From Cyanophora paradoxa CCMP329 (lineage: Eukaryota > Plantae > Glaucophyta), in NCBI GenBank assembly GCA_004431415.1, contig QPMI01000366.1, positions 1-39,603 on the forward strand: a stretch of 39,603 nucleotides of DNA, in the 5' to 3' direction. Under the pieces are notes generated by a model that ran no database searches, was not told where the DNA came from, and saw only the letters and a program-made list of their open reading frames with translations. Position numbers and translations under genes: made by a program. Below, in pieces: positions 33,239-39,603 of the stretch (positions within the stretch are counted from its first letter, which is position 1; each line of letters begins with the position of its first letter).

Positions 33239-36200
33239 ATGAGCTTCAATTACCCACCCAATCTAGAAACCATTCAAGATGATAATGCAAGCAGCACCAA
33301 GCATGTGAACTTTGATAATATTAAAGTAAAGGGTTCAGTTTCGATTGACCACAGTTCCGATAATTCATCCAAGACTCAATCAAGGGAGCATGCTTTATCT
33401 GTGAATCAAACCGATCCAGATAAGGAGGAAGTCAGTGTAGCTTTTAGCTTGGGTAATGTGAAAGCAAACCAAGTGGCAGAGATCAAAGCAACAAGAAGGA
33501 GACCTAGGAAACTAAAAACCAGTGGCACTCACCCAGATATACCTTCTAGGTTTGATAGTGGTCGATTGATTTTCAATGTTCAAGATGAGCAGGGCAAACA
33601 GAACACAGGTTTGCGAATTTACAATGAGGGCAGCACTGCAAAAGCTGAGGTCCCCCAAGTATTGCAAGTGGGTCCCATTGCCAACACAAATCAGGTCTCC
33701 TACACAAATGATGTCTACCCCAAGGATATTACATATGACTTTGCAAGGAATGAGCCTTTTGGGTTCTTTACTCCAAAAGATGTCCATCAAAAAAAGCCAT
33801 CAATTACAATCAACAGTACCCCAGTCAACCAGTAGCAATCCATTTACATCCTGATCTTGTTGAAATGGATAGGCACCTTTTGCCTTTGTATAGCAATGTG
33901 AAAGACCTTGGAATTCGAACCAGGCAATGGCGAAATATCCATGGCAGCAATGTGTATGCAAATGGAGAGAAGCTTGTAAGTGAGAAGACCATAAGAGAGA
34001 TCTTGAGTATTATGGACCTGTCCCAGTTCCCTTCCCTCTTCCATGGGATCCACCGGATTTAACACCGAAAAAGCAACCAGGCAGAGAGTACACAGCAACT
34101 GAAGATGTAGCCTTTGGGCAGCATATTGTGAGTTGGGAGCAAGTTCGCAATAAACCTATAATTGAACCAGAAAGCAAATAGATGAGCAGTATTTACCTCC
34201 TGAAGTCGATATATTAGAGCTTGATGAATATCAATTCGTCCCAGATGAGGAAGAGTATTTACCAGATGGTTTTGACCCACAAGAATATGAATATGATCAA
34301 TTTGACCCCAATGAGGAGGAGATACTACCAGATGGCTTAGATCCACAAGAGTTTGAGTATGAGCAGAACTATGAACCTGATGAGGAGTATTTACCTGATG
34401 GTCATGATCCACCAGCTGTTGACTATGAGCAACCTTATGAACCCCATGAGGAATTGTTACCAGATGGATTTCGACCTGAGATCTGGGAGTTCTTTCCTGA
34501 TTATGAACAAATTAATAATAAACCTGCAAAGTATCCCCCAGAGGATCACAATCATGATTGGGATGAGATCTTAGGCAAACCTCAAAAGTATCCACCAGAG
34601 GATCACAGGCATGATTGGGGAGAAATTGATGGAATACCAGAAGAATTTCCACCAATCAAACATGAACACACTTGGGATGAGATTAATGACCAACCAGAAT
34701 TCGCAAAAGTGGAGCCTCTTGATAACTTGGGGGTTTCTCTTTATCAGACTTGTAATGTCCCAGAAAGAATCTTTTTGAATGAACACTATGTACATGTGAA
34801 TGGGACACTTGCAAATTCAGCTATGAGAGGACCACTTCATATTAGGACATTACCAGGCTCTTATAATCCACCACCTGAACCAGGAGCAACCATACCAAAT
34901 ATCTTTGTGTCAAGCTACATGGAGGCTGACATTCCCACAGATACATTCAGAGTCCCAACAGACCCAGCAACCTACCAAAACTTTAACTCTGCTATACAGG
35001 TTCATGTTGCAGATGTAAGCAGTTTAGATGGCTCAAGACCAATGATAGTTTTCAGTCGAGATAAATATTCCTACATTCCCACAGTGGGAACTGCAAATGA
35101 TAACTATGGGAGGGCAGAGCTTGCATGGATCAAAACGAATTATGGTGGGTTCTTGAAGCCAATCAAAGAATGGCTGCAAAAACATACACAATGAGAGCAT
35201 TTCGAGAGTGGTCACAGAGATTACCTTACTGCAGTAATCCTTGTTAATTTGTAACCCTTGCTATGCTTGATCAATTATTACAGAAGCTGAACTTGCAGCA
35301 GAACTATCCAAATATCTCCCTCTTGTGGTGGGACAATCACAGGAAACCTCACAGTTAATAGTAATATTTACAGTAGCAATATAGAGACCAGCAATTTGAA
35401 AGTAAATGGAATCCTCACAATTGGCTCTTGCAATTCAATACCATGAATCAGTTTACGAAGAATGTATGATGTCCCACCAAGCTTTGATCCAGCATCAAAT
35501 ATCTCGAACTGCATTTTTGCTTGGAAGGCATCAGGAGTACCAGGTCAATCAGCAATGTATACAACTATAGTAAGCAGAGTCCGAATTCAGTTGTTCCAGA
35601 CTTGTTATCTCCGGAGCCAGTTCCTATTACACCAATCCCGAAATCAACAACCAAGTTAGTGTTTCAAACCCAACAGCACTTTTATGCATATACCTCTGCT
35701 GCAAGAACTATTGATTTCTCAAATGGCTTACATTTTCTTTGTGGAAAATATCATCCAACTGCTCTTCTATGCAAGTTCACTTGAGACTTTACAGAAGCGC
35801 CTTTCCATCACGATATTGTTATTATGGGGCAACATCTTCTACTGCTATTGGAATGAACCAGTTCACTATTAATGAGCATCCCAAACCCGCCCAGTTATTA
35901 CGGTTCCTTCTTTAATAAATACATGTATTACACTGACCAAAACAATTACTTCCAGCAGCTACACATCGGGTTAAATGAGTAGATATTGAAACACTTGTAG
36001 AACAAATTATCTACCAGATAATACTGTCAATCATTTCGGATTTGGTAATATTGTGAATGGTGTATTTCCGAGTTGATTGTTTTCAATAGGGCTTTGACAA
36101 CTTCTGAAAAGAATGCTGTGAGGTATTACATTCAACAAAATATGGATTCACTCATACCCAGACTCTGAATATTTACAGAGGATTAAAAATAACCTCACCT

Positions 36201-39200
36201 GATACTGTAATAGATTACCTTACAGTTACAAGCAATGCAAATTTACCACATCATCCAACCTCTAATGTGGTTCAAGGTTGGATTCAAAATCACACTCACA
36301 CAAAAGCCCAGATTACAGATTTGCCCATACTCACACAAAAGACCAAATAACAGATTTTGCCCATACTCACACAAAAGACCAAATAACAGATTTCGCCCAT
36401 ACTCACACAAAAGACCAAATAACAGATTTCGCCCATACTCACACAAAAGACCAAATAACAGATTTCGCCCATACTCACACAAAAGACCAAATAACAGATT
36501 TCGCCCATACTCACACAAAAGACCAAATAACAGATTTCGCACATACTCACACCAAAGATCAGATCACAGATTTTGCCCATACTCACACCAAAGATCAGAT
36601 CACAGATTTCGCCCATACTCATTTATGGGAGCATATCACAAATCCTCCATTAACCTTCCCACCTGATTCACACACTCATGATTACTCAACAATAACCAAT
36701 AGCAACCACAGACACCCTTGGAGTCAAATAGATGAACAACCAACTTTTGCATCATCAGGCAATATTTTGACAGACTTTACAAATGGTGTGAGTCTCTACC
36801 AGAGTAATACCATACCTGAAAGGCTACAACTAAATGATTATTATGTCAATCGAAAAGGCATTGATGCAGGGACCACAATGGAAGGTGAATTATACATCAA
36901 ACAACCAACAAGAATCCAAATGATTTCAGCAGGTGGTGTTGGGGTGATTGATACCAAACCAGGCATCTTCTTAACAAGTTATTATAATGAGGACATCCAT
37001 TGACATCAGGATTACCACCTCTCCCATCTGATCCAGCAGCATATGATGACAAGGATGCCATTATGCAAGTAAATGTAACAGATGTCAGTGCAACTGATGG
37101 CTCCAGACCTAAAATAATATTCAGTCGATCCAAATTCAATTATGTCCCACTTGCGGGACAACCATCAGATAACTATGGGAAATGCGAAATGTCCTGGATT
37201 AAAACATTAGCAGGAGGAGCCTTAGAAGTCAATCAGAGGATGGCAGCAAAAAACTTACACAATGAGACCCTCTCTGGTGTTGTTACAGATGATTATTTAG
37301 AAAACAAAGATTATGTAACAAATACAGAATTACAATTAGCTCTTACAGATGTTGTAACAGATACCGAATTAACAGCAGCTCTTGGGAATTATTTACCTCT
37401 TACAGGTGGAACTGTAACAGGAACTGTGAATGCTACCACTTTACAAATTGGTGGAACCACAATACCAAAAGGTTACGATTTCGACCAATTAGATGTGGTT
37501 TCGACAGATAGAAGCGCAAATAATTGGAACTTAGGATGGACACCAAGAACCGGACAAACAGGATGTTATACAACACCACAAAATGATGAAGATTGTAGCG
37601 CTTGTTGGATGAGGTGGAATGTCCCCACAGGAATGAAAACGTTTTATATTCAAACCATGTGTTGGTCTAATTGTAGATATTTTGACATCTATGGTCAAAC
37701 AGCTAATGGTAATCAACATTTCCTTCGGCGTTTAAATGTTTATCAAGGTATTCAAGCATCAGTACATGATGGAACACAATCCAGTATACTTTTCATCTCT
37801 ATTAACTGTGAGTTTTACACAAAAATATATGTTCAAGGTCGAAAAGGTAGAATCCATCTTACAGGTGTTTTGGTGGAGTAGACAGAGAGCAACAGATAAT
37901 GAATTGGGCTGATCTCTTGGGATAATATATTTAGAACCATCATTTTACTCAGCCGCAGACCTTCCACAAACCGCAACATGGGCAACAATACATGGTTAAA
38001 ATCAGTAGATGCAGTCGAGCGAATTTGGTTTGGTAATGGCGATCACATATATTCGAGGGAGAAAATGGTGATGGTGTCTCAATTGAATTTAGAAACTCAG
38101 CGAATGCAGCAATCTTAAAATCATATGGTAATGGTAACTTTTGGGTGAATAACACTATTACAGCACCCACTATTAATGCTACTACCAAACTCCAAATAAA
38201 CGGTAATGATGTCCCAAAGTTTCACACAGCAGATAAAACAGTAGGAGGTATTGCATTTAATAGATGTTCTGAGGGTTGGACATGGGCATGGAGTACAGCA
38301 TGGGATCCATATTATAATTATGGTTCATATGTCCATAATAATCAATCTGATGACGAAACTTCTACCGCTTGGATTGACTTCGATATACCCGATGGATACC
38401 ACAGGAACAGCATTTTTAACTATTTACCTTGGACTAACTCACGACTTTTTGAAATTTGGGGAGTTAATAGACAAGGGAATGAAGTTTTTATTACATCAGT
38501 GAATAGTTATCAACCATACGCCACATGCCTGATGGTAACCACAGTGGTTTAAATAATGTTCCAATACATCTTGGAAATAGATTCCTCACTATTCGGATTA
38601 GACCAAAGATTGGAAGAGTTCATATTATGGGTATTAGTTACATGAAAATTTGGGTAGGAAATAGTTATGGTGGTCACACCGGCTATATTCATTGGAATAA
38701 CGTTTATAGTAAACCAAATATCTTAACAGGATGTGGGGACTTGGTTTAGTTCAAGTGATGGATATAATCGTATCCATTTCGGTAACCAAACTTCTACATA
38801 TTTGAAAGGAGGGGGAGATATTCCCCTTGTATTCCGAAATGAACAAGATACTGATATTTGTTACATGTATCATGGAGGATGGATGTGGATTGGAGGTTAT
38901 TTAACACAAGGAAGTGACATAAGATACAAAACCGATATTAAAAAGATATCCGGCGCTCTTTCAGCAATAGAGAAATTAGAGGGAGTGAGTTTTTAAACGA
39001 ATTGGAAGTGAAAAAGATGGAGTTAAATTAGGTTTAATTGCACAAGATGTTCAAAAGGTAATACCAGAGGTAGTTAATGTTAAAAAAGACGATGGCTACC
39101 TATCTCTTGAATACCAGGTTTAATTCCAGTTCTCATTGAAGCTGTGAAGGAGTTGTCCCAAAAATGCAAAGATCTACAGGATCAAATAGACCAAATTAAA

Positions 39201-39257
39201 AATGTCAAAGTATATATAAATGGCGACCTATCCTCTTGGTGGAACCACCTATTCTAA
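33239..39257 (+). CDS. Giant tail-fibre/receptor-binding protein (fragmented; may be more than one gene) with a C-terminal peptidase S74 chaperone
   Basis: HxHxWxEI and FAHTHTKDQITD repeats, YLPLTGGTVTG fibre motif, LamG-like ISELIVFNRALT..E..., and GSDIRYKTDI...GLIAQDVQKVIPEVV...LIPVLIEAVKEL. Confidence 0.75.
34190..34500 (+). repeat. Acidic coding repeats (E-E-x-L-P-D-G-x-D-P-x-x-x-E/D-Y), about 4-5 imperfect units
   Basis: Recurrent TTACCAGATGG / TACCTGATGG at intervals of roughly 63-66 nt. Confidence 0.7.
36291..36621 (+). repeat. 36-bp tandem coding repeat (about 9 units) encoding FAHTHTKDQITD
   Basis: Contiguous units GATTTCGCCCATACTCACACAAAAGACCAAATAACA with synonymous variation and no spacers. 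Confidence 0.95.
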
Positions 39258-39470
39258 CTGAGCCGTTGCGCTTTCTTTTGATACAATCACCCTTGTAAAC
39301 GCATTACAAACAGTTGAAAAGACGATTCAGCAAACTAACAAGCTCTCACCAGTTGTAAATGAGTATAAAAACCTCTTGGTTAATGTCCTTGCCAATCTGG
39401 CTCATATGGTGACCCCAGCTAAATACACCTGAATATGTGATAACAACATCAAAGCAATGACATCCAACCT
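39220..39470 (+). CDS. Small hypothetical viral protein (frameshifted)
   Basis: TATATATAAATG start MATYPLGG..., continuing in another frame as SFDTITLVNALQTVEKTIQQTNKLSPVVNEYKNLLVNVLANLAHMV. Confidence 0.35.
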
Positions 39471-39603
39471 TCACACTTTCAGTTGCCTACCAATCCCTTG
39501 GATCGAATTTAATCACTTTGGCTTGATTGCAGTTTATTTTTCTTTCTTCTTAGTAAAAAGAAGCAATGGGTGAATATAATCGAGTTCAACTTCCATATAT
39601 TCC

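Larger units (their letters stand above)
15829..39603. mobile_element. Endogenous Polinton/Polinton-like virus (left end present, right end beyond the window)
   Basis: Abrupt switch to AT-rich, densely packed genes without evident introns: rve integrase, pPolB, primase-helicase, A32 ATPase, DJR MCP, pentons. Confidence 0.95.

Noticed and set aside
36291-36621. CRISPR-like 36-bp repeat array
   Set aside because: Repeats are contiguous with no spacers and vary at synonymous positions, so this is a coding repeat. No cas genes are present.
37580-38640. Diversity-generating retroelement TR/VR pair in the fibre tip
   Set aside because: The duplicates are similar only at protein level, differences are not adenine-specific, and no reverse transcriptase is in the window.

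Overview
Two compartments. (1) Bases 1 to ~15,828 are very GC-rich genomic DNA of a eukaryotic microbe with short introns, mostly 50-80 nt (GTGCGC...GCAG). It holds HAUS3/augmin subunit 3 (-), ZNF593/Bud20 (+), an orphan multi-exon gene (-), S-adenosylmethionine synthetase (+, 10 exons), palindrome-rich intergenic DNA and a secreted Thr/Ser-rich surface-protein gene. (2) From ~15,829 to the window end is an AT-rich, apparently intron-free endogenous Polinton/Polinton-like virus that appears inserted inside exon 3 of the surface-protein gene. Its left end is a 75-nt hairpin with perfect 29-bp arms, followed by ~390-bp repeats with iteron-like inverted motifs and a tRNA-derived Pol III-type unit. 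The genes are an rve integrase, a protein-primed PolB whose proofreading exonuclease looks inactivated and partly deleted, an AEP primase-SF3 helicase, two AT-hook proteins, an A32 packaging ATPase, a double-jelly-roll major capsid protein, two divergent pentons, a patatin-discoidin fusion and a ~6-kb phage-type tail fibre ending in a peptidase S74 chaperone. Most traced viral frameshifts are single-base deficits in short homopolymers, probably long-read errors. The right terminus is outside the window. All family assignments come from motif recognition, not database searches.
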